A DNA stretch of 64,000 nt from a virus: the IMG/VR virus record IMGVR_UViG_3300028490_000007, positions 13,123-77,122 of that record, one strand, 5' to 3'. The position numbers and the translations under genes were made by a program. The notes beneath the pieces are model-generated. The model did no database searches and had not been told where the DNA came from. It saw nothing but the letters and a program-made list of their open reading frames with translations. Position 1 is the stretch's first letter. Every line of letters starts with the position of its first letter. Below, one piece after another: positions 39,697 through 48,327 of this stretch.

Positions 39697-40467
39697 ATGA
39701 AAAACAGTATCACCCCCCCATCAGACACAGAAGAGACAGCCAAGCAAACTGCAGAAGAGAAGTTTGAAGAGTTCAAGAAAGTAGAGTCAGCAAATGATAA
39801 GCTCACAGAGGACAACATTTCTACGGAGGCTATAGATTTTGAAGAAAGTTCTTTTCTTGAAAAAAATAAACATGCAGGTCAAAAAACAGAGGCTCCAAAA
39901 GAAGAAGACGAAGATAATGCTGAAGCATATGAACAAAGCTTCGTAGACAAAGAAATGAATAAGGCTGAAGAAGAAGATCTTTCTCCTGAAGAAGCAATGG
40001 ATAAGGTTATTCGAGAAATAGCAGACCAACCATTTGAAGTGGCTATGTCAAACCTTGAAGTGGAGAAGAACCAAGTAGTAGAAGCTGCCTCTGGTATATT
40101 CTCTTCTAAGGGGTACTTTGAGAAAGACTACTCACTTCCTTTTGGAGGAGAGGTAACAATGAGAAGCAAGACAGTAAATGACTATGTTGACTACACAGAA
40201 TACGTAAGACGTTTATTGTTAGATCCTATCTCTCAAAAAGAGTTTGATACCTTCACTCAAATGAGAAACTTGTCATATGCTATTGTTGCTATTGACGGAG
40301 ATGATATCTCGGAGTTGTCAATAGACGATAAATTTGCATTGCTGACGGGAATGAGCGAAATCAAGATTACTGCCATAATCAACAATACGAAAGTTTTCTG
40401 GAGAATTACCCACCTTTTACTACACCCAGGTCTAGTCGATTTTTTAGCACAAACGCCAGAGGAGTAA
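39697..40467 (+). CDS. Tail assembly chaperone (gpG-like)
   Basis: Acidic N-terminus, YFEKDYSLPFGGEVTMRS core, in-frame slippery heptamer near the 3' end. Confidence 0.65.
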   Translation: MKNSITPPSDTEETAKQTAEEKFEEFKKVESANDKLTEDNISTEAIDFEESSFLEKNKHAGQKTEAPKEEDEDNAEAYEQSFVDKEMNKAEEEDLSPEEAMDKVIREIADQPFEVAMSNLEVEKNQVVEAASGIFSSKGYFEKDYSLPFGGEVTMRSKTVNDYVDYTEYVRRLLLDPISQKEFDTFTQMRNLSYAIVAIDGDDISELSIDDKFALLTGMSEIKITAIINNTKVFWRITHLLLHPGLVDFLAQTPEE

Positions 40468-40475
40468 TTCTCTGG
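40440..40475 (+). promoter_or_regulatory. -1 programmed ribosomal frameshift signal
   Basis: T TTT TTA (40440-40446) is in the correct phase. After a 9-nt spacer comes the hairpin CCAGAGGA-GTAA-TTCTCTGG. The -1 frame is open to 40688. Confidence 0.8.
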
Positions 40476-40688
40476 GCCTTCAAGAGGCTTGATGCTATGG
40501 ACTCACCTCCTGAGCATTCCCTTGAAAAGAGTGTTCTTGAAGGTTTGTTATCATATAGGGCTAGACGAAATAACATGATGAGCATCAATAGTTCGCTGCT
40601 TGGAGTGTATGGTAGCCTGCTTGCTGCAGGAGGCGGAGACGCAACAGATATAGACGACTTGATAAGAGAAATGTCTACTGGCCTTTAA
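40446..40688 (+). CDS. gpT-like frameshift extension of the tail chaperone (fusion about 330 aa)
   Basis: -1 frame reads STNARGVILWAFKRLDA then joins the listed ORF 40497..40688 with no stop. Confidence 0.7.
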   Translation, partial: STNARGVILWAFKRLDAMDSPPEHSLEKSVLEGLLSYRARRNNMMSINSSLLGVYGSLLAAGGGDATDIDDLIREMSTGL

Positions 40689-40697
40689 GGAGGGTTT

Positions 40698-42524
40698 ATG
40701 AGTAACATATTTAAAAAATCTATTGAGTTAATAAACTCTTGCATGAGCACCAATATTACCATTACTGGAGACATGTATATCGTAGATGGTCTATACTTCA
40801 AGAACTTCAAGAGAATGATATCTCACCTTGGAATAGAAGATGATTTAATGGACAGTATGAGACAACATAGAGCGTTGTATTCATTAGCTAGGCATTATAA
40901 GTCTTACCCTGAACCGGCATATGACAACTTTGCATGGCAGGGAGCTAAAGGCGAATACTTTACGAGGCAGAATGTGTATAGAGACGGGGATGCATATGTT
41001 GCTAATGTGGACTTCCGTATCCGTATGCCTTGGGGAATGATTGACATAAAGAAAACAAACAGAATTCAGCCGGCATACACAATGGAGGGATTTGACACAG
41101 GCATCATACTTGTACGAAGCAGATCTGACGCAGAAGTATTTTGTCCAGACAAAAGTATGCTTAGGTTTATCAACCATGATACAAATGCGATGAAGGCATC
41201 TATACTTAGTAGCTATATCACAAAGAGAGCAAGTAGCGAAGTGAAGAATATCGTAATATCTGATATGTTCCCATCTCTGCTTAATGCATGCAAGGCAGGG
41301 CTTGTTTCTGAAATATCTTGTGCCAAGTCAAAAGAAAGAGCATTCGCCAAAGTATTGCTTCTTGACAGGGATGCAATGGCTGTATCTCACCTCCGAATAA
41401 ATGGCGTAACACCCGTATTGTTTATTGCTCAATACATCTCCGTTCTAACAAACAAAGAGGTTAGAATTGGCGTACAGAATGGGATATTTGCATGCAGGGA
41501 AACAGGAGAGGCGATCCCAGACATTTTTGCATCCTTGCTTGCAATTAATGCAGAGATGCCTTCTCCTGTAGCTCCAGAGATAAAAGCTTTCATCTTCAAG
41601 ACAGTTGATGCATTCTACTCAATAAGCTATGGGTACAGAACATCTGTGACTGAAAAGTTTGGAGGTACGGTTCATGTTTATACCGGAAAATCAGATAACA
41701 AGACCGCAAGAAAGGTAGCAAGTGCAATCACAAGCCTTCCTGTAATAAAAGATGAACTGAAAGATATCAAGATAAAAGATGTAGTGTCTTTAGTCCATGA
41801 GTATTTAGGGGCAAAGAGGAAAACAAATGCCTCTGACAACTCAAGTATTGAATTCGGTGGAGTTGATATGGTGATGGACTTTACAAATGGGGCACTTGTC
41901 TTTAATGATATCGGGAACAAGTCAGTCTCTGCAAGGTGGCTCTCGTCTCCAAATTTGGGCAGGAAGCCAACAGGACATGCAAGTAGAGCAATGACCTTCA
42001 AGTATATCTTTTCGTCCACAGAGGATGCACAGAGAGCTTTAAGGGGGACATACTTGATGAGTCTATCTGTACTCTTTGATGTTCCCTGCAGAATAGCAGT
42101 ATCTGCTAATACAACTAAAGCAGCAAGGAATGTTGTTAGGTATTTTTCATCCACTGCCTTTAATACATTCAGTTCGTCTTTTAAGCATCCGGATATTATG
42201 TCTTTTTCTGGTAGGGAAGTTGCTGTGATTATGGAGAGGGAAGAGGCTGATTTTGGTGGACTAACGCACAAGATTGTGATCTTAAGGGACGAAGAAGATG
42301 CTGAAATAGACTTCTATACGGGAGCACTTTCTCCTGCCAAAAGCACAAGCCTGTATAACTTACAGGTCACAAATCCTGACAAATGGTATATCTACTATCT
42401 TGGTAAAATGCTGAAAGAGTTGGCTGAAGAGTATTCCGACATGGAGCAGTTAAAAGCACACATGTCTATAGGCGACAATTTGAAGAGGTTTGTTGATGCA
42501 GCAGAGGTTGACTCAATCTATTAG
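40698..42524 (+). CDS. Hypothetical protein
   Basis: 608 aa, AAGGAGG SD. Last + strand gene; overlaps the convergent gene by 12 bp. Confidence 0.65.
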   Translation: MSNIFKKSIELINSCMSTNITITGDMYIVDGLYFKNFKRMISHLGIEDDLMDSMRQHRALYSLARHYKSYPEPAYDNFAWQGAKGEYFTRQNVYRDGDAYVANVDFRIRMPWGMIDIKKTNRIQPAYTMEGFDTGIILVRSRSDAEVFCPDKSMLRFINHDTNAMKASILSSYITKRASSEVKNIVISDMFPSLLNACKAGLVSEISCAKSKERAFAKVLLLDRDAMAVSHLRINGVTPVLFIAQYISVLTNKEVRIGVQNGIFACRETGEAIPDIFASLLAINAEMPSPVAPEIKAFIFKTVDAFYSISYGYRTSVTEKFGGTVHVYTGKSDNKTARKVASAITSLPVIKDELKDIKIKDVVSLVHEYLGAKRKTNASDNSSIEFGGVDMVMDFTNGALVFNDIGNKSVSARWLSSPNLGRKPTGHASRAMTFKYIFSSTEDAQRALRGTYLMSLSVLFDVPCRIAVSANTTKAARNVVRYFSSTAFNTFSSSFKHPDIMSFSGREVAVIMEREEADFGGLTHKIVILRDEEDAEIDFYTGALSPAKSTSLYNLQVTNPDKWYIYYLGKMLKELAEEYSDMEQLKAHMSIGDNLKRFVDAAEVDSIY

Positions 42525-43295
42525 GTTGAGCATCTTTGATACCCTTGCATCATTAGGCTTGATAAGGATACCTATAAACATAGTTGATGTTCTAACACTA
42601 CCTATGTTTGCTATTGTCCTGTCTGAAACTTCGTAGAATTGCTTGTCTGACAAGTCCGCAAAGATTGTACCTTTAACAAAGTCTGTTCTAGCATATGTTT
42701 GAAACACTGCTTGTTCTCGTATTTTTGAACCACTATTGTTAAACTCTTGCTTGCTTTGAGTTTTGATCTTTTTACAGAGAATGTCTGTCTTGTTGAACTC
42801 TGCATCAGAACAAGTACAAGTAGATGATATCGGTTGCCCTAACTCTTCATCCCAACACTCTTCACACTTAGCTGCAGTAAGAGATTGCGTTAGTACCCTG
42901 ACAGTTGTTCCGGAGAACCTTGCAAGTTGATTAAATTCAACTGTGAGCTTATTCACAATTCCATATAATGCTTCAATCCCCTTCGGCGAAATCTGGAAAG
43001 TATTTGTAGTGTCCACAAAAATATCATTGACGTCAAAAAATTGCATATTGAAGTTCTTGTAATAGATGGAGTCAAAAGGTAGTCTATTTAAGTCTACTGT
43101 TATTTGCCCTGTTCCTGTGTCTACACGCACAACAGAGTTCTCAGATACACCAGAGGTAGCATCAAAGACATCAATCTCTTGATCTTCTGACCCCGAAACA
43201 CTGAGCAACAATTTGGCTTTAGCAAAAGTTATCTGTGTCCCTATCGTAAACTTAAAAGATGAGGCGGTATTGCTTACTATTGATATATTAAGCAT
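42513..43295 (-). CDS. Head completion/neck protein with Cys cluster, putative
   Basis: N-terminal beta domain plus CEECWDEELGQPISSTCTC. Last gene of the capsid operon. Confidence 0.4.
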   Translation of the reverse strand: MLNISIVSNTASSFKFTIGTQITFAKAKLLLSVSGSEDQEIDVFDATSGVSENSVVRVDTGTGQITVDLNRLPFDSIYYKNFNMQFFDVNDIFVDTTNTFQISPKGIEALYGIVNKLTVEFNQLARFSGTTVRVLTQSLTAAKCEECWDEELGQPISSTCTCSDAEFNKTDILCKKIKTQSKQEFNNSGSKIREQAVFQTYARTDFVKGTIFADLSDKQFYEVSDRTIANIGSVRTSTMFIGILIKPNDARVSKMLNLID

Positions 43296-43746
43296 GAGTG
43301 ATTATCTGTTCGTCTGCACCCTTCACAGACTTAACTTCATTTGTATTCACTGAAACAACTTGTCCATTCCCTAGTTCAACATCAACACGATCCCTATACA
43401 CAACAACATTACTCATAGAGTCTTCATTGACGACTTCTATCTTCATGGTCTCAAGGATCTCTTTACTGAGCATGTACTGCTCAGAGAAAGTCTTATTCAT
43501 TGCACTGAAGTATTCGTTTACTTTGTCGATGTTACGATTTAGTACATTTGTTACCTGGGTTATATTCCCAATACGCTCAAGCTCTATATCATTCATGTTA
43601 TAACCCCTATCTCTTAGTTTGGCGACTATTTTATTGATAGCCTTTTCCATGCTCTCTGAAACAGCATTCATGCCTGTGATATCAAATCCAACTTCAGGAT
43701 AATTAACAAAATCAACCATTGCCATAGAAATAACTTTAGCTACCAT
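43288..43746 (-). CDS. Hypothetical protein (gp25-like baseplate, tentative)
   Basis: ATG at 43746 with AGGAGG SD. FDITGMNAVSESMEK loosely resembles gp25-like N-termini. Confidence 0.4.
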   Translation of the reverse strand: MVAKVISMAMVDFVNYPEVGFDITGMNAVSESMEKAINKIVAKLRDRGYNMNDIELERIGNITQVTNVLNRNIDKVNEYFSAMNKTFSEQYMLSKEILETMKIEVVNEDSMSNVVVYRDRVDVELGNGQVVSVNTNEVKSVKGADEQIITHA

Positions 43747-43747
43747 A

Positions 43748-44374
43748 TTATACCTCCTGCGTATTGTTTCGTATATATGATTTACGCATTCTAGCACGAA
43801 GCTTATTAAGACCACTATAGTACGCACCATTTGACATACCAGTATGCTTCAGTGCCTTTGGCGTTGACATGCCTTTCTCTATAGTCTCTGATATCTTCTT
43901 TTCTTTACCAGACAGGTCAGGCAATAGTGACTGCATAGAGACATAATTTGTCCCTCCACCAAACTTGTCAGTTACGACAGCTTTTATTTGACCCATCTTC
44001 TTATATTTGTTTACAAACTTTGACTTAAAGCCTGTGTGCTTAGCTAGTTCTGCATCTGTAGCATCTCTACCATGCATCATGTAAAGCTCATCATTAGCTG
44101 TTCTCAACTTGTTTATTGCCATACCTACGTCTTCACTAACTTTTAAGTTAGAACTAGACTCGTGTACGTCTCTCTTCAGTTTGTTGAGGTGATTGCTTAG
44201 GTGAGTTTTAAATGAGGCATTCTTTGTTTTATCAAAAGTACGCTCTGCATTTTGCGAGTACGTATATAGCTTATAATCCAGTTCAGCAGGAGATAGCTCT
44301 GACGAGTATGTCCGTTTGAAGTGGTTTATTGTATCCATATGGCCTGAGACCATAGGACTATATACGTTGCTCAT
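43748..44374 (-). CDS. sigma70-family RNA polymerase sigma factor (regions 2-3-4, divergent)
   Basis: Region 2 AERTFDKTKNASFKTHL, region 3 INKLRTANDELYMMHGRDATDAELAKHTG, region-4-like HTH LSGKEKKI...GMSTPKALKHTGMS. Confidence 0.8.
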   Translation of the reverse strand: MSNVYSPMVSGHMDTINHFKRTYSSELSPAELDYKLYTYSQNAERTFDKTKNASFKTHLSNHLNKLKRDVHESSSNLKVSEDVGMAINKLRTANDELYMMHGRDATDAELAKHTGFKSKFVNKYKKMGQIKAVVTDKFGGGTNYVSMQSLLPDLSGKEKKISETIEKGMSTPKALKHTGMSNGAYYSGLNKLRARMRKSYIRNNTQEV

Positions 44375-44689
44375 TTACGGAGTGTAGCCAATTACATCTG
44401 TAGCCCATACGGACTCTGCGATGACAAAAGGCTTTCCTGAAGAGTAAGACTCCCCTTCAAATAGTGAAAGGCCACTTTGAGGAATTTGCCCATTACCATC
44501 TACAATACTTGCTTGGTGTTGCTCGTACATCTCTAGTGCGATATATCCCACAAGGGCCTCATTATTTACTGAGAACAAGGGTTCATTCTTGTTTACTGCA
44601 GAGACGGTTTCATTTAGTTTAATAACTGCATTTCCCTTAATGAGCCCTTCTGCGTCAGCGGTTGGTGCTGCTGTTGGTATCATTGCCAT
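44375..44689 (-). CDS. Hypothetical protein (capsid operon)
   Basis: 104 aa, AAGGA SD. Confidence 0.55.
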   Translation of the reverse strand: MAMIPTAAPTADAEGLIKGNAVIKLNETVSAVNKNEPLFSVNNEALVGYIALEMYEQHQASIVDGNGQIPQSGLSLFEGESYSSGKPFVIAESVWATDVIGYTP

Positions 44690-44699
44690 TTTATATCCT

Positions 44700-44969
44700 T
44701 TACACCGGTACTTTGACCATTGTTACTTGGCCTTGGAATTTTGTGTATCCGGCTATCCCGGAAATCTGAGCACTGATAACGGCTGTTTTAGTTGCTGTAT
44801 CAGATGCGTTGTCTATACTTCCTGCACTACTCACGAGTCCTGCAGCAGTAATCTTCTCGCCTTCATTACGGTAAATCCAGTCTACAGGCTTAGCTGTTCC
44901 TGCACCGAAAAAAGGAGATAAACTCTTTTCTGTTCCTGCTCTATGGTCGAGCATGATATCGTCTGCCAT
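44700..44969 (-). CDS. Hypothetical protein (capsid operon)
   Basis: ATG at 44969 (MADDIML) with AAGGA SD. Confidence 0.55.
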   Translation of the reverse strand: MADDIMLDHRAGTEKSLSPFFGAGTAKPVDWIYRNEGEKITAAGLVSSAGSIDNASDTATKTAVISAQISGIAGYTKFQGQVTMVKVPV

Positions 44970-44979
44970 GGTAGATCCT

Positions 44980-45954
44980 TTATTTTTGTTGCGTAGCCAC
45001 AAACATAGCTATAGCTTCTTTCTCTTGTGGACTTGCAGCATCTGTAACATTCTTTAACATGTTTATGTCAAGTGTTCCTTCGCTAAACAATTCCGATACA
45101 AGAGGTCGAGGAAAGACGTCTGTCCAGTCCTCTGCATCTATTGATGCAATCTTTTCCGTTGGAACTTCTTCATCCCCTATGCTATACACATCAGACACTT
45201 GACCTGGTATAACAAGTTCTAAGATAGCTTCTTCAGCAGTCTTCTCGAACCCGTTAACTTCATCAAGATCTAACATATCAAACACAAGAGAGGCAACCTT
45301 CTCTACTGAGTAGAGATTGGTCCCACTTAATTCAGATGCTAACTTTTCATAGCTATCATCCCCCGTAAGTAGTTTTCTGTCATGTAGAATGCTTCGTGCC
45401 GTTGAGATGTCTATAGTACCATACAACCCAAGAGAAAGAGTAGTGTCAGATACAGGCTCGCCAAGCTCTTCAGCTTTCTTAACCAGTTGTCTGTTAGCAA
45501 CTACTAAATCTTCCGAGGACAGCATACTAGCTACCTTCTCAAGTGCACTGCTTGACATCCTAAGAGTGTCAGCATCCACAACAGGAAGTTTACGTTGAGC
45601 TGGAAGAAGGAAATCAGAAGCGTCTAATTGCTCAGGCTCTGATGCCACTTTTTCCAACGAACCGATTTGAACATCTAGTCCAAACAAAGCACATGCTTCT
45701 TCACACGCTTCCTTGACAAAGCCGGGAACGTCTTCGTTCCCTTCAAGGTAAACACTTGACACAAGAGCATGTGCAGGTGAGTATATTGGGAACAACTTTT
45801 CATCCGGCCAAGCGAAAGCCTCTTTTGTGAGATCATTTCGTTCGTCCATAGGCAACGCTGCAACTTTTTCAAGTCGGTGTGCTGCCCCATCAGTCTCGGC
45901 AATTTTTTCCTTAAGGATTATCATATCCACGTCATTGAGTGCATCAATTAGCAT
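44980..45954 (-). CDS. Acidic K-x-A-rich scaffold-like head protein with two DUF6582-like repeats
   Basis: About 12 K-x-A motifs (LEKVAA, LEKVAS x2, YEKLAS, VEKVAS, FEKTAE, TEKIAS). Repeats FAWPDEKLFPI and FLLPAQRKLPV. Confidence 0.6.
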   Translation of the reverse strand: MLIDALNDVDMIILKEKIAETDGAAHRLEKVAALPMDERNDLTKEAFAWPDEKLFPIYSPAHALVSSVYLEGNEDVPGFVKEACEEACALFGLDVQIGSLEKVASEPEQLDASDFLLPAQRKLPVVDADTLRMSSSALEKVASMLSSEDLVVANRQLVKKAEELGEPVSDTTLSLGLYGTIDISTARSILHDRKLLTGDDSYEKLASELSGTNLYSVEKVASLVFDMLDLDEVNGFEKTAEEAILELVIPGQVSDVYSIGDEEVPTEKIASIDAEDWTDVFPRPLVSELFSEGTLDINMLKNVTDAASPQEKEAIAMFVATQQK

Positions 45955-46051
45955 GGTGTCCTCCTTCAGAAAGCATTTGCTTTAGGTACTTGATGATTAG
46001 ATGAGCTAAAATCATTCTCTCTATCTTCTCTTTACATACTCCGTCAAGCAT
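45944..46051 (-). CDS. Small ORF missed by the track (35 aa)
   Basis: AAGGGG SD, then MLDGVCKEKIERMILAHLIIKYLKQMLSEGGHHAN*. Fills the intergenic gap exactly and overlaps the next start. Confidence 0.5.
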   Translation of the reverse strand: MLDGVCKEKIERMILAHLIIKYLKQMLSEGGHHAN

Positions 46052-46063
46052 ATTAGCCCCTTA

Positions 46064-46519
46064 CTATTTTGTACGCTTTGTGCGTTTAGGTGCTGCTACA
46101 GTTTCGATAACTTCAGGTTCTTCCTTTACAGGAGCCTCTTCAATTTTCTCTTCTGTTACAGCTTCTTTTTCTGTAGCGTCTGAAGCATCTGCTTCACTTG
46201 TTTGTGTTTCTGTTTTTTCAGTTTCGCTATCAGGGTCAGTTTTATCTTCTCCAGCATTTGCGTCTGGTGTTGTGTCAGTAGCTACAGGAGGATTTTTATC
46301 CTCCGTAGTTTCTACAACATCTTCACTATTATCTGCTGAAGTTGATTTACCGGCATTACCAAAAGACAATCTTCTCTCTTTAATCATACGATCAATGTAA
46401 GATGCTTTACGCTCAAAGTCTTTTTGTAAAATCTTCTCTGTCTTGCCGGGTTCGATTGTAGTCATTCCGACTGCAATGTTCCCCTTAGACAGATTTGTTA
46501 GGTAAATATCAACTCTCAT
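46064..46519 (-). CDS. Hypothetical protein with acidic low-complexity tail
   Basis: Immediately downstream of the capsid gene. T/E/D/K-rich disordered C-half ending PKRTKRTK. Confidence 0.6.
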   Translation of the reverse strand: MRVDIYLTNLSKGNIAVGMTTIEPGKTEKILQKDFERKASYIDRMIKERRLSFGNAGKSTSADNSEDVVETTEDKNPPVATDTTPDANAGEDKTDPDSETEKTETQTSEADASDATEKEAVTEEKIEEAPVKEEPEVIETVAAPKRTKRTK

Positions 46520-46528
46520 ATCAGATCC

Positions 46529-47506
46529 TTATGCTTCGATGTCGGTGAATACACCCTTGTAAACACCTTTAGTGTTACCAATAGCGTGTGCGATATACGC
46601 TTCACTGTCCATAGTCATCATATCTCTATCAACTTCCATGTAAGAAGTGTGATCTTGAAGGATGAAGAAGTGTCCATACATGTCTTGAGGAGCGAAAGTA
46701 TAAATTTCGTTGTTCTTAACAATGTGTGACTTGATTGTTGTAACGATCTTCTTATTCCAGAAGTCAGAGATGTTATCCACACCATCTTCCCAGAATTTAG
46801 AAACAACGCTATCACCAACTTCTTGCATAGTCATATGCATAAGCTCTTGGATAAGAGTCTCTGTCAATAGAACAGTTTTGTTTGCGATACGGTTACGTGT
46901 CGGCATTTGGAACAAGAACACCAAGTTTGACTTGTCTAATGTTTCACCATTATCGAAGTATACTGTTTGTCCTGAGAAACGCTTGTTACCTTGAGTAGTA
47001 AGGTTTCCACCGTTTGCTGCTTTAAACGCTGTCTCTTCGTCACCAAGAACTTGGTTAACTCCACCCATAACTGTCAAGTCTTCAACTTCATACATTGCTT
47101 CCGAGATACGATCTCTAAACAATTTCTTGTAGTCAGTCTTAACTGTCATCATTTCCATTTTTGATTTACGGATCTTCTCAGATACAACTTTTTGGAAGTA
47201 AACTGTGTAACGATCTGTTTCATGGTAACGGAACTCACCACGACCACGTAAAGGAACTGTCATTGCACGTGCATCAACATCTCTCTCTACCATGATTGCT
47301 GGTTGGTCTGTATGCTCAGTAGGAACTAAGTCTTTTGGTGAAATATATGTAGGTTCAACGATCTTACGAGCGAAGCCTTTTTCACGAATTTTGTCTTGGA
47401 TAAAAAGTGAGATACCCTCTGCTGCTTCTTTAACAAATTCAGGGTCACTGAATAGTCTTGAAACGAACTGGCTTGAACTCACTGTAGTAGATACTGCTGG
47501 TTTCAT
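46529..47506 (-). CDS. Major capsid protein (HK97 fold)
   Basis: 325 aa with strong SD, downstream of terminase and scaffold-like genes. IREKGFARKIVEP...AMTVPLRG...ISEAMYEVEDL pattern typical of large-phage capsid proteins. Confidence 0.78.
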   Translation of the reverse strand: MKPAVSTTVSSSQFVSRLFSDPEFVKEAAEGISLFIQDKIREKGFARKIVEPTYISPKDLVPTEHTDQPAIMVERDVDARAMTVPLRGRGEFRYHETDRYTVYFQKVVSEKIRKSKMEMMTVKTDYKKLFRDRISEAMYEVEDLTVMGGVNQVLGDEETAFKAANGGNLTTQGNKRFSGQTVYFDNGETLDKSNLVFLFQMPTRNRIANKTVLLTETLIQELMHMTMQEVGDSVVSKFWEDGVDNISDFWNKKIVTTIKSHIVKNNEIYTFAPQDMYGHFFILQDHTSYMEVDRDMMTMDSEAYIAHAIGNTKGVYKGVFTDIEA

Positions 47507-47517
47507 GTGTTCTCCTT

Positions 47518-47949
47518 TTAACCAAGTACGATAGCGAGCCAGTCGGTTCCACGACCAACAACTGCACCAACTTCAATAGTATTTGTTCCGTCAACGTGAA
47601 CAATAACACCATCTTTTAAAGATACATTGTCGCCTGCTGCAAACGCCGTACCATCCTCTTCATACATTTTAGTGTGAATTAACATCTCACCAAAAAAACC
47701 TTCTACTACGCCGGCAGGTTTCATTCTGTCAAGCATATCATTGTAGTGGCTATCTTCTGTTACAAGAAAAAAAGCTTTCTTTGTATCAGTAAGTGTAATT
47801 TTTGCTCCGTCATAACCAACAAACTCACCAGACTTTACAGCCTCGCCATTCGCCAATTCGATTTCTAGTTTCGGTAAAGCAAGAAAATCTGGAGACACAA
47901 TGTGTACCATTTCTCGTCTACCGAATACCTTATCTGTTTTATAACCCAT
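47518..47949 (-). CDS. Capsid decoration/cement protein, putative
   Basis: 143 aa beta-rich protein directly upstream of the capsid gene (FAAGDNVSLKDG..VGAVVG). Confidence 0.55.
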   Translation of the reverse strand: MGYKTDKVFGRREMVHIVSPDFLALPKLEIELANGEAVKSGEFVGYDGAKITLTDTKKAFFLVTEDSHYNDMLDRMKPAGVVEGFFGEMLIHTKMYEEDGTAFAAGDNVSLKDGVIVHVDGTNTIEVGAVVGRGTDWLAIVLG

Positions 47950-47972
47950 AGGAAATTCCTTCTGTTTTAATT

Positions 47973-48299
47973 TTATTCAAAGTCACTAGGTGACTCGCCT
48001 GAGAGGATCATGTCCAGTCTCGCTTCCGAAGATAAGTCTGAACTCATCGATGGAAGGTCGTCTGCCGATGACCCAAATCCGTTTCCACTTCTAAATGAAA
48101 AACCTTCTTCCGCCTCTTTCTGCAGTGCGGTTTCATGTTTAACATCAGAAGGATCAGAAATCTGGTCCTTCTCTAGGCTTGCTACCTTCAATAACAATTC
48201 GTCTCTCTCAGATGTGATAATTGCTTTTGCGTCAGTAAGATTTTGTATCTCTGTTGCCGCAGCTCTCAACTGAGAAGCGACATGTTGTCTTGTGTGCAT
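47973..48299 (-). CDS. Small coiled-coil scaffold-like protein with K-x-A motifs
   Basis: ATG at 48299 with AAGGGA SD. LLKVAS and LQKEAE. First gene of the capsid operon. Confidence 0.55.
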   Translation of the reverse strand: MHTRQHVASQLRAAATEIQNLTDAKAIITSERDELLLKVASLEKDQISDPSDVKHETALQKEAEEGFSFRSGNGFGSSADDLPSMSSDLSSEARLDMILSGESPSDFE

Positions 48300-48327
48300 A
48301 GTAGTCCCTTGCATTAGTGTTTATAAA

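Noticed and set aside
40698-42524. Possible degenerate P-loop/helicase (HVYTGKSDNKTA) or another RNAP subunit
   Set aside because: No intact Walker A/B and no RNAP motifs. Left as hypothetical.
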